Shown here one piece after another: positions 12,121-25,061 of a DNA stretch of 64,000 nucleotides; positions within the stretch are counted from its first letter, which is position 1, and the number at the start of each line of letters is the position of its first letter. The position numbers and the translations under genes are program-made. The notes below the pieces were generated by a model. It did not search any database. It worked only from the letters and a program-made list of their open reading frames with translations, and was not told the DNA's origin. Source of the stretch: Camelus dromedarius. Taxonomy: Eukaryota. Location of the stretch: positions 70,060,001-70,124,000 of the forward strand of contig NC_087436.1 in the NCBI RefSeq assembly GCF_036321535.1, in the 5' to 3' direction.

Positions 12121-12129
12121 ACAATGCGT

Positions 12130-12395
12130 CTCACGTGTGGCACACCTGCAATTGGTGTAAAGACAATAATTTTTATGTAGTACATGAATAGCCTTATTTC
12201 ACTTACATCAAGTGTTGCTGGTTTTCCATTTACAGGTGCAAAGATAAGGCTCCTTGTAAAATAAAACTTATTTTTTAAGTGTTTGAATTCTAAAAAGTAA
12301 TTAAATAGCACAAATTAGAGTAGGATATGGCAACAATCACAACGGCAGTAGTACATAAGTGACTATGTACATGAATAAAGTTTGGGAAAACACTG
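12130..12395. mobile_element. Probable hAT/Charlie-type DNA transposon remnant abutting the ERV-L gag end
   Basis: Ends in aaagtttgggaaaacactg, the reverse complement of a CAGTGTTTTCCCAAAC-type terminal inverted repeat; other end not resolved. Confidence 0.4.
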
Positions 12396-14824
12396 ACTTA
12401 ATTCACTTCTCATTTATGGGTGAGGAGTCTAATGCCAAGAAGAATAATGTCTTTTTTCAAGTTCTACTTGCTATCAGAGGCTAAAAAAAAACAAGCCTTC
12501 AGATTTCCCATTCAGCGCTCTCACACACAGACCTTCCACGGCCCTCAAGCACTCACTTGAGAATCAAATGAAAGCTATGAACCATCTTTCCCAAAAAACT
12601 AAAAGGAGAGAACTTACAAAATTCTGCCTACAGTTTCAGCTGTTACTCAGACGGCCCAAAGTCTAATCATTTAACTACCTCCCACTATAGTACTGTATGA
12701 ATGAGTTGGAGCAAATATTCAAACTGGCTCAGACTCACAGCCTAAATTTTATTAGAACTTGAAAATACTCTTTTTGAGAAAACAAGTCTCAAAGACATGA
12801 AAGCTTTGAATTCCGAGGAATGTTCCACTTCTGTCCAAAACTGCTCGAACTGAAGGGTCGACCCGTATAGACTGCACGTGGCTACCAGTCAAAGGATATC
12901 AACACACAGGCCGAGCTGCATCTTGCAAAGAGGGACACAGAACCTGAAGTTTAGACCGTTCCTTTCTTCCATAAACACTAGGTCTAGGGGGAAAGTAGGA
13001 GTACCAGCAATCATACTCCACAAGCCAGACGCCAGAAACTAAATTCCCAGCTTTTAGAAACGATCATTACGAAGCTGTCTGTCATCACGCCGTTTGCTGA
13101 TGTCTTCAGCTCTCTCCCTGCACTTTCGTCTTTCCCAGGGCTCAGCATCTTTCTGCCCAGAGACCTACCTAACCACCGGTTTGATAATGACTTAAAGATA
13201 AGCTGTAGTGAGCACAGTGAAGGAAATGACTGTGGGTTTTCCAGAGTGGATAGGGATTTACATTCTAATTAATCACAAACTAGAAATGTGTGGGTGTTAT
13301 TTAAAGATGTGTCTAGAAGAACTGACATAAAAAGGTCAACCCTGGAGTTATGTGTCTAGCACAAATTGGACTTCATTTCAGCATGACTGTCTAGGGCCAT
13401 GCTACGTCCGTGAAGCAAGGAAGGTTGTCCCAGATGACAGAAGCTACAGCGTCACTATAGGTCACAACCTTGGCAATAAAAAAGGAAGAAAGAAAGTTAG
13501 AAAACCTGATAGACTATCCCTCTGTCTTGGCTCTCTGAGGGTTCCTTTTGTATCCATCCCATGCCAAAATATGCCAAGTCAGCTACTTTCAAGCCAAGTT
13601 TATGAAATGTTGGGTGTTAAAACATAGCATTTGTCTCTCTCTTTTTTTTTTTTTTTTTTTTTTTGCAGTTTTAGGAATGTTAGCACCAAGCACATATGTT
13701 TGTGAAAGACCTCATGCCGGTGCTGAGGGTGGTTACCTATCTATCTCCTGGAAAGCAGGAGAGCCACAAGAGAGGCTTTAAGTAAGCAATAGCCTAACTT
13801 ATTTTGTATAAGCAGCTACATCTACATGGTCCCCTACTTCATACTGCCCATAACCACTTATCACAAGAGCCAAGTTCAGTTAAGTTTCTGTGATTGGACA
13901 TAATTCATTCAGCCTACACATTTTGAGTACCTACTAGGCCCTGGTACTGTGCTAGCCACCAGAGACATGAGGAAGCCAAGATGAGAAGGTAACTCAGATG
14001 CTGTGGCAAATGCTGCTCCTGAGATAAGGACTCAAATGACAGAAAAGCTGACTCTGTTGGGAGAGAACGGGGAAGTCTCACAGAGAAGGGGATTTTTGAG
14101 CTGGTTCTGAAAAGATACAGAATGTTTTAAGTGGAAGAAGCAAAGAGGGAATTCTGAGGCTCAGAAAACCACCCGTGCAGATGGACAAATATCTAGAAAG
14201 ATCTGGAGAGTCTGGGGAGAGGAAATAAAACAATACGGCAAGAGTGTGGGGAAGTCAGGAAGTATCCTGCAGTGTTGTGTTAGGAAAAACAGGAGGCAGA
14301 TGGTGACTTGTGTACCTAGCGAAGGAGTTTATGCTTTGTTCTGCAGCTCCCAGAGAAGGGTGACATCATACCAGAACTGGTTTGGGTGAAATTAACCCTG
14401 ATAGCAGTGAGGTGGGTTGGAAGGTGTCTTTGAACGGGGAATGGGTGGAGGCACGAATCCAGTTAGGACTATCTCTGTCCTCTGAGTCTTTCTTCCTGCC
14501 TGTCCTCTCTGTCCCCCTGGGGTGTGTGTGTGTGTCACTCTCTCCATCTCACTCCCCTCTCGCTCCTTCTGGTTCTCTGCTGTCTCCCATTCTCCCCCTC
14601 TCTCTGGCTCACTGCCTCTCCCATTACCATAATGTGATGTACTGAGTCTCAAACCTGGAATGTGGTATCAGCTGCTAAGAATTGCTCAAAACAAATTATC
14701 ATGTGGTGAAATGGACACTAAATAGAAAGTCATAGCCCCCAACACTGACCCTAAACAGGAGTAGAACCTGAAAAAATCAGTTAATCTCGCTAGACCTTCA
14801 TTCCCCCTTATCTGCACAATGAGG

Positions 14825-15590
14825 GAGTTGAGCTATCAGATTTTATTTAATTCCACAAATATTTACTGAGTTACTACCATGTTCTAGGTGCTAGGGATTC
14901 AATAATGGACAAAGATAAAGTTCTCTACCTTCACTGAGGAACAGGAAGACAGACAACAAAATTTAAGTTAGAAAAATATATGTTAATTGATGATGAGTGC
15001 AATAGAGAAAAATAAATCAGGAAAGGGCATTAGAAAGGATGGTAAGTTACAATTTTACCTCATGGAGACGGTAGCATCTGAGCGAAGACCTAAAGGAGGC
15101 AAGGGAGTAAGCCATGTAGACTCTGGGGGGAAAAAGCATTCTAAGCAAAGGGCACAGCCAGAGCAAAGGTCCTGAGGCAGAAGCACACCTGGTATGGTCA
15201 AGATAAAGTAACAAGGCCAGTGTGGCCTGAGCAGAGGAAGGATACAAAGTAGGAGGAAAAGGACATCAGAGAGGTGGGATCAGATCACACAGGGCCTTGT
15301 GGCTATATAAGGACTGTCTTTAACACAGGCTGAGATGAGGACCCACTGGAGGAAGGTCATGATCTGACTCATATATTTGATGTATCACCCTGGCCTCTGA
15401 CTTGAGAATAAACTGAAGAGGAGAAATAAGCAGACGGACCACTAAGGTGGTAAAATTCAGTCACAGTGGATGGAAGTGGTGCAAAGTGGTCCAATTCTGG
15501 ATCTATTTTGAAGGTAGAGATGACTGGATTTGCCCAGGAATGGGAGAAGGGTCAAGGATGACCCCTAGGTTTTAGGTCTGTCAAACTAGG
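14825..15590 (-). mobile_element. L2 fragment
   Basis: ttccacaaatatttactgagttactaccatgttctaggtgctagggattc followed by typical L2 body motifs; ends approximate. Confidence 0.7.
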
Positions 15591-18500
15591 ACAAAGACAC
15601 ATCCCTTTAAATGACCCTCAGGTCTTCTCTGACTTTGAGATTCTACAATTTGGAGGAGCTCTTTCTCTTTCTTCATGGTAGAATCTTCCAGTCTTTTAGA
15701 AACTACTTCTTATAAAACTGAACATATATGATATCTCTTTTAAATTCTTGTCTCTCTTCAGGAAACTTTATAATAAAGGAAATCTATGACAAAAATCTTT
15801 TCTAAAAAACAATGAAAGAAAAATATCCATTTGGTTAAAAACCCAATGTTTTTCAGTTACTTATCTTTTGAACAGTAAATTGTGCTGGGTCCCTAAATTT
15901 CTTATAGGTAAGTATTGAATCACTGTTGGGCCCAGAATGATCTCATCATCAAAGGAAAGCAGAAGAATCAAAACAGACCCGAGGCCAGAAACAGAGGGAA
16001 ATGCCTAGGGGGTGGCGGGGGGTGACACTAACTGACTAAGGCTGACAGCTCCAGTCAAACAATCCCCTTTTGCCGGCGTTTGCCCAGCCCTGTGATGACG
16101 ACATTGTGGCAAATAGAAAGTGGAGGTGACAGGCATTGGTGCAAACCCATGCTCTGTCTGTGTAGCTTGAGCTCATGTATGTTACTTAATCACTCCAAGC
16201 CTCAGTTTCTACCAGTGTTAAATATCTACCGTTAAGAGTTACAAGGAAAAGACAACATATCTGAAGTACACAACTCTAACCCTATGTCACAAACTGAACA
16301 AACAGATGGCAGCACCGGGGAATCTGACTTCACGTTGGTCTAGCTTTCCAAAAGTAGGTTTATGAGACCCACTCCCTGTGAATAGATGGGTGAATGTCAG
16401 TGGTGGCAAATGAGAAAGGGAATCCACACAACACAAAGGCTATAAACAGAGGGCTGCATCCCATGTATATCGGCCTACTGAGGAAGAAGCACTGGAAATG
16501 TGTGCATCATTTCAGTGCAGATGTGTCAATGTAGATGCTAGCACTTCTGAAAAAAGTGATTAGATGACGTTTGGTAAGAAGTTGATGTGACAGACTCAAC
16601 AAGCTTCAACTTAATTATCTAGTCTGCTCTAACTGTTTATTTAAAAGTTGACTCATCTTGCCCAGTATGCACTACACTGCCAATACCAAGAGACAGCTTC
16701 TTGTTTTCAAGAGAAGCAAGACTTTTTTTTTTACTTTTCATGCAGTTGAACTTTTTAAAAAATCATAATTCATACTAATATTTGGAATTGAAATTTCACA
16801 AACCCATTTCATATAAGTTCACATCCCACTTCACTTTTACAGAGAAGTCCTTTATAGAAACTTGGCTCTAGTGCCCTGACACCATTGGTAGAAACATACA
16901 TACTGTATATGTTATATGTCTATACTAACTAGAGGGAAATGTTAACTGCAGGCAGACCTAAGTTCAAATCTCCATTCTATCACTTAGCCAATGGGCAAGT
17001 TATTTGACTTCATTAAGATTCCATTTTTTTCAACAGTAAAATATTGGTTGGGGCAATCATAGTACCTACCACATAGGGATTTTGTGAATATTAGTCATCA
17101 AAAGCATTTAGCACAGTGCCCAGCATGTAGTGAATGAAACTTTTGTTATACATTTCAAGGTGTTATTACTATTAAAGAATGATAATTAGACAGGGTTTAC
17201 TGTCACTATTTCATTAATTAAACTTGCATATCTATCTTTTCTCAAAAACTATTTTAGACAGCTCACAGCAAGAAGCAGTAATAAGGTTAGTAACATTACA
17301 AGGTAAACACAAGCAGAAAGGAAGTTCATAGTCTCAATAAGGGTCAGAGGCTGAGTCAATTACTGTATCTTTCCACTCCCATGGTCCCTCCATCACCTTC
17401 TCCCAAATTCAAATGGTGTTGGAATAGCCCTGGGCATTTTGGGAAGTTGACACGGGAAGACATTTACTTTGAGTTTAGTGTGATATATTTATGCGAGCCA
17501 CAATAAATTCCATATGTAGTTTTTAAAAGGCTAGCCCTCCTCATGTACGAATGGCTTCCAAGAATATTCCTGCTTCACATGCCTAACTCTCAATGTCTAC
17601 TTATTCCACATGTGACTTAAAGGTACAGGACCAGAGATCATATGATAATATGACTACGTCTTGGAAGCTGGCACTAGAAACATGTGAGCAGAGGAGAAGA
17701 TACAGGGCTTCAAATGTATGAATGCTATAATAGAAGTCAGGCAATTCGTAAAAATATTAAGCTGTTTTTCCAGATTTTGTGATGTTTATACTATTTGTTA
17801 CCTTTTTAAAATCTGAAATTTTTTGCAATTTCTTAAGAAATATTTTTGTCACCTAAATTATGTAGTGTTTTGCTTAAAGAAGAAGCCCCTGAAAATATAC
17901 TAGGTTAGGCTTTATATAACCTGGATCCACTGTAAAAAAGCATTAAATTTAGCTTTGCTAGTAACCAGATTGATAGAAAAACACAGAATGTTACAAACAT
18001 CTTGCTATGGCAAAGAAGCAAATAAATCATAACAATAGTTGTAAGAAAAGTAATTAATATTTCTAAAATAAGATATAGAAGGGAAAGGCAGTGGTCTTGA
18101 TATCCCCACTAACAATGACTCCAGAAAAATAAATTAAAACATGTCAAGAACAGCAAAATTTTTCCTGAAATAAATTTGTAGAAGAAATTTCCTCTGTAGA
18201 GTTTTAAACACTGCATATTAAGTGATCTAGTACAGTGTTCAACAATATTTTATGGAAAAGCCCTTCACTAGGCTTGAGATTCTGTTTGACTAGCCCTGCT
18301 CCCCTCTTCCAGCCGCATCTCTCACCACTCTCAGCCCTGGAGTTCTTCTGCAGCCATTCTAGACTTTTCTAAGTTGTCAGAATTCATCTTGCTCATTCTT
18401 CCTCCAGACTTCACCAACGCTGTTCTCTGTCTTGAACACTTTTCTATGTTCTTCTGGCTACCCTGAACTCAGATGTTATAATTTATATCTCACTTACTAT

Positions 18501-21112
18501 GGGGCACCTTCCATAAAATCTCTCCTATGTGCTCTGACCCTCTCCAGTCTTATTCCTTGCAGTATTACTCCTGACTCTGCATGGTTTAGATCCACTATTG
18601 GATAAATAGCTCCAGACTCTGTGGTGTTCACCATCATAACACCACTTACTTGCACTGTGTCCAGCATGTGCTGGGAACCTAATAAGAGTAGACTTTTTAC
18701 ATCTATCTCTCATTTGTGAGCTTTAGTAAATACATCTTAGTGAAGGTGATTCTTTAAAGAAGCTAAGCTAACCTAACTGCAGATATGACTTGATTCAGGG
18801 ACAGATCTTGGAGTTCCTCGGAGAATAGTTGGACCACTCTTTTACCAAAGCCACTTCTCTCAACCAGGCATTTCAGCAGAATTGAACTGCAAATATTTTA
18901 AGGTTCTCTTAGGTTGAAAGTCCAGCGTACTAGTATTCTACTCTGCTGATGAAAGACAGTATCACATGCTTTGGAAAACAAATAGGCACATGCTTATTAA
19001 GGAAACTGAAACTCAGTGATGTCTAAGGACATTCCCAAATTCCTAGGGTTGGTGAATCATCAATCAAGAACTAGAAACTAAATATTCTGACTCCTTGTGA
19101 TTTTTCTCCACAGTTAACACCAAGATATCCAAATAGGAAAAATGGCAGCCGTTTTTACAAAGGAAGAAGCTAAAGAAGCTGTGCCTTAACATCACTGCTT
19201 CAATTCAGGCCAAGACAGCATGAAGTAAAGGACAGAACAAGGGCTGGAGTCAGACTGTCTGGTTTTAGCCACTTGCTGGCTATGTAACTCTGAATAAGCT
19301 GCTTAACCTTTCTATATGTTGGTTTCTTTACAGTAAAATGTGAATAATAATAGAACCTTTCTCATAGGGTTGTTGTGAGGAATAAGTGAGAATTAGCCCA
19401 TGAAAAGTGCTTAAAGCATCACCAATGAATATAATAAATGGTCAAGAAATATATTATTTCCATGATAAGCTGGTTCCATCACAACCAGCTTCCATGAAGT
19501 ATAAGAAGTAGAGAAACGCCTAACCCTTATGAAGCACTTACTATGATCAGGTACTGCTCTAAACTCAGGGTACACATTATTCAGTATTTTGAAACCCAAG
19601 GCCTGTGTTCTTAACTATTGGATTACATTTTCTTCTCAGAATGAAGAGAGAAGATGGAGAACAAGATAATCTTCTCAGATTCCTAGTCATTTTTAAGCTG
19701 TTCTTCAGCACATATAAACATTACCTCTGAGGGTGGTCCAAACAAATAACCACCCACCAGCAGTAACTCACTGGCTTCACAGAGTAACTTTCGTATTTGT
19801 AGACCAAAAGCTGGACTTAAACTGTATAAATCTGACACACTGTATGAACCAGTTTTTTTTATATTCTATTTATGTAGATGTTTGGTTTCTGCTTAGGAGG
19901 TTTTTGTTTTCTGTCTTTTTGTTCTTTTTCATAAATAAGCACAACGAGGTGAAACATCCTTAAAAATCTGTAGGAAATGTCAGTGGTCAGAAACAAAGCA
20001 GCTATTGAGCAAGTTCTAATTATAATAATTGGTAACATTTATATATCTATATATTTATGACATTTATTTAGGCTATGTACTAAAAACTTTAAATGAATTA
20101 TCTCATTAAATGCTCAACAAACTAATGAAAAAAATACTATTATTTTCCCCTACTTTACAAATGAGGAACTGAAAAGCTTAAAGATTTTAAGTCACTTGAC
20201 TAAGATTTTAAAACAAGTCACAGAAACCACAATTGAAACCCACTACCGAGTTCTGACTCAGAAAATTTCCTACTCTAACAGCTTATGCAGGACAGGTGGG
20301 TACCTCCGCTAGGGATGTGCATGAAGAGTCTGCTCTGGAAGTGTCTGTAGAATAAAATATTATTAACCATTTAATCTGTGAGAGATTAAACTATATCTCC
20401 TCTTCCCTTATGAAGGAAAGTTTCTCATTTTTAGGGCCTGAGCATTTGCTATATGAACAGTTCCAGAGAGAAATCAAGACTGTGGATGCTTAGATACTAT
20501 TTGGCCATCAATAGTGGATTCCTAACACACTACTTTATCTCAAGTGTCCCAAGTTCAGTAATCCTGCAGTGTGGGAGAGTTCTACTAATTATAATCCACA
20601 TAACTTCAGCATGGTTGCCATGTTCAGAAGATCTACTTGCTCTGATAATTATGACTGCCTTTATTACTGTTAGGTCCTTAATTATGAAGTACAACGTGGA
20701 ACCACAAAAGTACTTTCGTATATTCATCAGTCAGACACTGATCATCACTCAGTGCCTGGTAGGTGCCAGACACTTTACATGCATTATTTAAATTACTTCT
20801 TAGAAGAAACTTACTACCCCATCTTACTGAACAGAAAGTTAAACAGATAATTTGTGGAAGGTTTAAACTCAGGTCTGGCAACTCCAAAGCCCAGCCTCTT
20901 TCCACCATACCTAGAGTAAGAAATGAAACAAATTTTTTGTTCTTAGTGTCTTAAAATCTAGAGCAATGAGAGGATCTGAGAAGAGAGGGAGGTCACAGAG
21001 TCTTTACGGATATAGGTTCTCCTTCAGGGGAAAGAAGGTGCATCTACACACAAACAAATTCTTATATATAATTTCATGGGTTTACAAATTCTGGTTAAGA
21101 AGCCTTGTTTTT

Positions 21113-22561
21113 CAGATATATGGATCAATGGAACAGAGTAGAAAGCCCAGAAATAAATCCACAAACTTTTGGTCAATTAATTTTTGACAAAGGAGGCAAG
21201 AACATACAATAGAGTAAAGACTATCTCTTCAGCAAATGGTGTTGGGAAAACTGGACAGCAGCACGTAAATCAATGAAGTTAGAACACTCCCTCATACCAT
21301 ACACAAAAATAAATTCAAAATGGCTTAAAGACTTAAACATAAGACAAGACAGTATATACCTATTAGAAGAAATCATAGGCAAACATTATCTGACATACAT
21401 CTCAGCAATGTTCTCCTAAGGCAGTCTACCCAGGCAATTGAAATAAAAGCAAAAATAAACAAATGGGACTTAATTAAACTTACAAGCTTTTTCACAGCAA
21501 AGGAAACCATAAGCAAAACAAAAAGACAATGTACAAAATGGGAGAAAATATTTGCAAAAGATGAGACTGACAAGGGCTTAATTTCCAGAATATATAAACA
21601 GCTCATGTAACTTAATAAGAAAAAAACAAACAACCCAATCCAAATATGGGCAGAAGACCTAAACAAGCAATTCTCCAATGNNNNNNNNNNNNNNNNNNNN
21701 NNNNNNNNNNNNNNNNNNNNNNNNNNNNNNNNNNNNNNNNNNNNNNNNNNNNNNNNNNNNNNNNNNNNNNNNNNNNNNNNNNNNNNNNNNNNNNNNNNNN
21801 NNNNNNNNNNNNACCATAAATGCTGGAGAGGCTGTGGAGAAAAGGGAACCCTCCCACACAGTTGGTGGGAATGTAGTTAAGTGCAGCCATTATGGAAAAC
21901 AGTATGGATATTCCTCAAAAGACTAAAAACAGACTTACCATATGATCCAGCAATCCCATTCCTGGGCATATATCCAGAAGGAACCTTAATTTCATAGCAG
22001 CATTACTTACAATAGCCAAGACGTGGAAGCAACCTAAATGTCCATCAACAGATGACTGGATAAAGAAGCTGNNNNNNNNNNNNNNNNNNNNNNNNNNNNN
22101 NNNNNNNNNNNNNNNNNNNNNNNNNNNNNNNNNNNNNNNNNNNNNNNNNNNNNNNNNNNNNNNNNNNNNNNNNNNNNNNNNNNNNNNNNNNNNNNNNNNN
22201 NNNNNNNNNNNNNNNNNNNNNNNNNNNNNNNNNNNNNNNNNNNNNNNNNNAAAACAGACTTACAGACATAGAAAACAAACTTATGGTTACCAGGTGGGGA
22301 AGGGAATGGGAAGGAATAAATTGGGATTTTGAGATTTGCAGATACTAACTACTATATACAAAATAGATAAACAACAAGTTTCTACTGTATAGCACAAGGA
22401 ACTATATTCAATATCTTGTGGTAATTTATGGTAAAAAATAATATGAAAACAAATATATGTATGTTCCTATATGACTGAAGTATTGTGCTGTACACCAGAA
22501 ATTGACACAACATTGTAAACCGACTATACTTCAATAAAAATATATTTAAAAAATTTTTTAA
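21113..22561 (+). mobile_element. 5'-truncated L1 (ORF2 C-terminus plus 3' UTR), relatively young, upstream of ENAM
   Basis: L1 ORF2 sequence (gatcaatggaacagagtagaaagcccagaaataaatcc...), AATAAA and A/T tail; perfect 16-nt TSD aagaagccttgttttt at 21097-21112 and 22562-22577; two N gaps inside. Confidence 0.93.
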
Positions 22562-24299
22562 AAGAAGCCTTGTTTTTAAAACAAAAAGGGGAACAGAGAA
22601 GAAAAAAAAGAAAAAGAGCTAAATTAAAAAAAATTTTAAAGCCAGCTCAAAAACGTATTTACAAACAATTGTAATTGTTCAGAGGAGAAAAGTTATAAAA
22701 TAAATAGAGATAATTGGAGTAAAAGAGGAAAAGGCACAAAGGACTGGTTTCATAATACTTTTTTGAGTTAAGCACTTCTTTAGTGTTTTTAAAGATTAAA
22801 GAGGCTTTGTTGTTTTCTCAGACTGATCCACCACTACTAAAAGTTCACCCATTCAATAGCTTAGCTGGCTTTTTAAAACATGCATTATTTCATGACCACC
22901 AGCCAGCCTTATGGTAGAGGGAACAAGGGTAAATAGAGAAACAATCAAGTGAGGTTTAGTGGCAACCCCCAATAATCCACATGGCTAAGGCTGAAATCAA
23001 AGCTCCAGCCTCAACACGAAGGGCACAGGCAGAGACTAGGGTCACCCAGCATCACGATCCCCACTTCACCTTCATAAATACACTGTCCACTATGTGCCCT
23101 ACCACTTGCAAGCTCATCACAGCATACACACAGTACACCCAGGACCATAATTCCTACTCAGTTTCTACAAAATCTAACAAAGACAGCCAGGTACTTGGAG
23201 CAGTTATACCTTTACACACCTCCTTGGACACATACAGACCTAAAAGATATTTAGAGACTAATTTAAAGTCAACTATTATGGTGCAATTTTATTATTTGTG
23301 GAACTAAATTCAGGGCATTGGAGGGCTACAAAATGCAGTGTTATTTGGCCCAGGAGGAAGGACATGGCACCTCTCATGCCTTGAAAAAACAGCACCTTGT
23401 GCAACCACTGGATGAATTTATGCACACAGTCATACCAAGTAGGAACCAGCTTTTGGCATCAAATTCAAAAATTCTTAATATTTAAATGCCAATATTAAAA
23501 TAAGCAATCATCATCACTACACACAGAGCCACAGAGAACAGGAGAATCCAATTTCAGCAAAGATAGCAAAGCTTGCTCTTATCAATGAAAAGTAAAACTG
23601 TCTATTTATTTATTGAGAAGTGAAATCTTTATTTTGGAAAGTTAGATTTCTAAAGATATCTGAACATAATTCCTTCAATGAATTTCTCAATTCAGATTTT
23701 CACGAGATTGTATTATCATGAATAGCTGAGAATTCATTTGTCATTTTGCCTTTCTTTTCTATAACTGCATCCACAGGGACTAAACTATATTTGACTTCAA
23801 AAAGAACACTATATTCTGGTAACCTTATATAATATGAATCAAATCAAATCACTGAGTTGAATGTTGACATACCATTCCAATTAATTTTCAATATATATTA
23901 AATACATACTAACTAAATATATTAAACTAAATACATATGTTGGCCTGCCTTTTGAGGATGATCAATGATTTATGACAATAGCACATGGTTAATATTCACC
24001 TTTGTTCCCTAAATATCTTCATATACAAAGTTTCTATACTTGAAAAACTCCAAATTCATCAAGAAAAGCATCTTCTAAATCTTACTGCTGTAAGCTCATT
24101 TTCCTGGACTGTTATTATACATAATAAGAGACTTGATTTGACAGCTCCTATAATAACACATTATACATTTTACTTTGGATGTGCTATTTTACCTTAAACT
24201 CTTGTGATGGCAAAACCACTTTTCTCAAAGCTGATTGGTTGTACAAGTCTACAACAGTGCTTAAATGTGACCCAAGCTCTCTGACAAGGAGAAATCTTT

Positions 24300-24518
24300 A
24301 TTTTAAGCCTTTTGGGCACAGAATATGACATCCTCACGAAGAATTTTTGTTTTATTATTAAGAAATAAATAAATGTGTCTTGCTCCTTGAGATATCCCTG
24401 GCTTCAGCAACTCATAGTCATTTCCACTGTAGACCATTAAGAATATATTTCAAAGACAGGCTAGCAAGTTTCAAGTAAAAGCTATTTTTAATATATTGGA
24501 GCTTCTAACTGGCGTTGG
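24300..24518 (+). other. ENAM: Probable ENAM non-coding exon 1 (5' end approximate)
   Basis: Strong donor TTGG|GTGAGT at 24518/24519 about 490 nt before the first coding ATG; start inferred from recalled human exon size only. Confidence 0.55.
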
Positions 24519-24632
24519 GTGAGTATTAGATTATCAACATAAAAAATATAGTGTCAAATAATGAACTTAGATGGATGTTGGTTGACTTCCTGATTGCATT
24601 CTCTGGTGTTGGTTGATAATCATTTTTTGCAG

Positions 24633-24673
24633 ACTAACCTTCTGATAAAACTTTAAACTTCTTGGCTTACTTG
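24633..24673 (+). other. ENAM: Candidate ENAM non-coding cassette exon 2
   Basis: Acceptor ttttttgcAG|ACTAACC at 24632/24633; weak candidate donor TTG|GTGTAT; ENAM is known to have a usually skipped exon 2. Confidence 0.4.
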
Positions 24674-25007
24674 GTGTATTTGTTTTTCTTTTAAGCTTTC
24701 TTCCAACCTACTTAGATCTCATTTAACACTGTGCTTTTGTACACATCCCCAATGAGCAGTCAAATTTTATCAACATTGCACTAAAAGTATCTCAAAATAC
24801 AGTGCCTGGGTCATTTCTCTCTGATTTAGCCTTCATTCTACTCTTAAAGCAACAGAAGATTAAGCTTGATTTTGAAGATTCTCTAGTAAAGGAAGAGCTG
24901 AAGCTTTGCTATTGGTTTACTCATTTATTTGTTTCATAATTATCTGGGTTTCTTCTCATGCTAAATCTATACCTTTCTTAAAGGCTTATGAAAATTTTGG
25001 TGAAAAA

Positions 25008-25061
25008 ATGTTGCTGCTTCAGGGCAGGCATGGAGCCTCTTTTCCTAAGCTAGATAACTGG
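25008..25061 (+). CDS. ENAM: ENAM first coding exon, MLLLQGRHGASFPKLDNW
   Basis: ATG at 25008; AACTGG|GTgagt; 54 nt as in human c.1-54. Confidence 0.93.

Noticed and set aside
12797-12853. Mini-ORF MKALNSEECSTSVQNCSN* resembling an SCPP start with S-E-E
   Set aside because: No hydrophobic signal peptide and no SCPP-type exon boundaries; likely chance
19001-19013. Perfect ISRE-like GGAAACTGAAACT
   Set aside because: Lies in a MIR core (ggaaactgaggct) and arises from two substitutions; no supporting cluster
21373-21926. ORFs of 66-101 aa around the N gap
   Set aside because: Antisense or partial reads of L1 ORF2, inflated by N runs
22981-23307. 108-aa Thr-rich ORF upstream of ENAM
   Set aside because: No recognisable domain, signal peptide or splice structure
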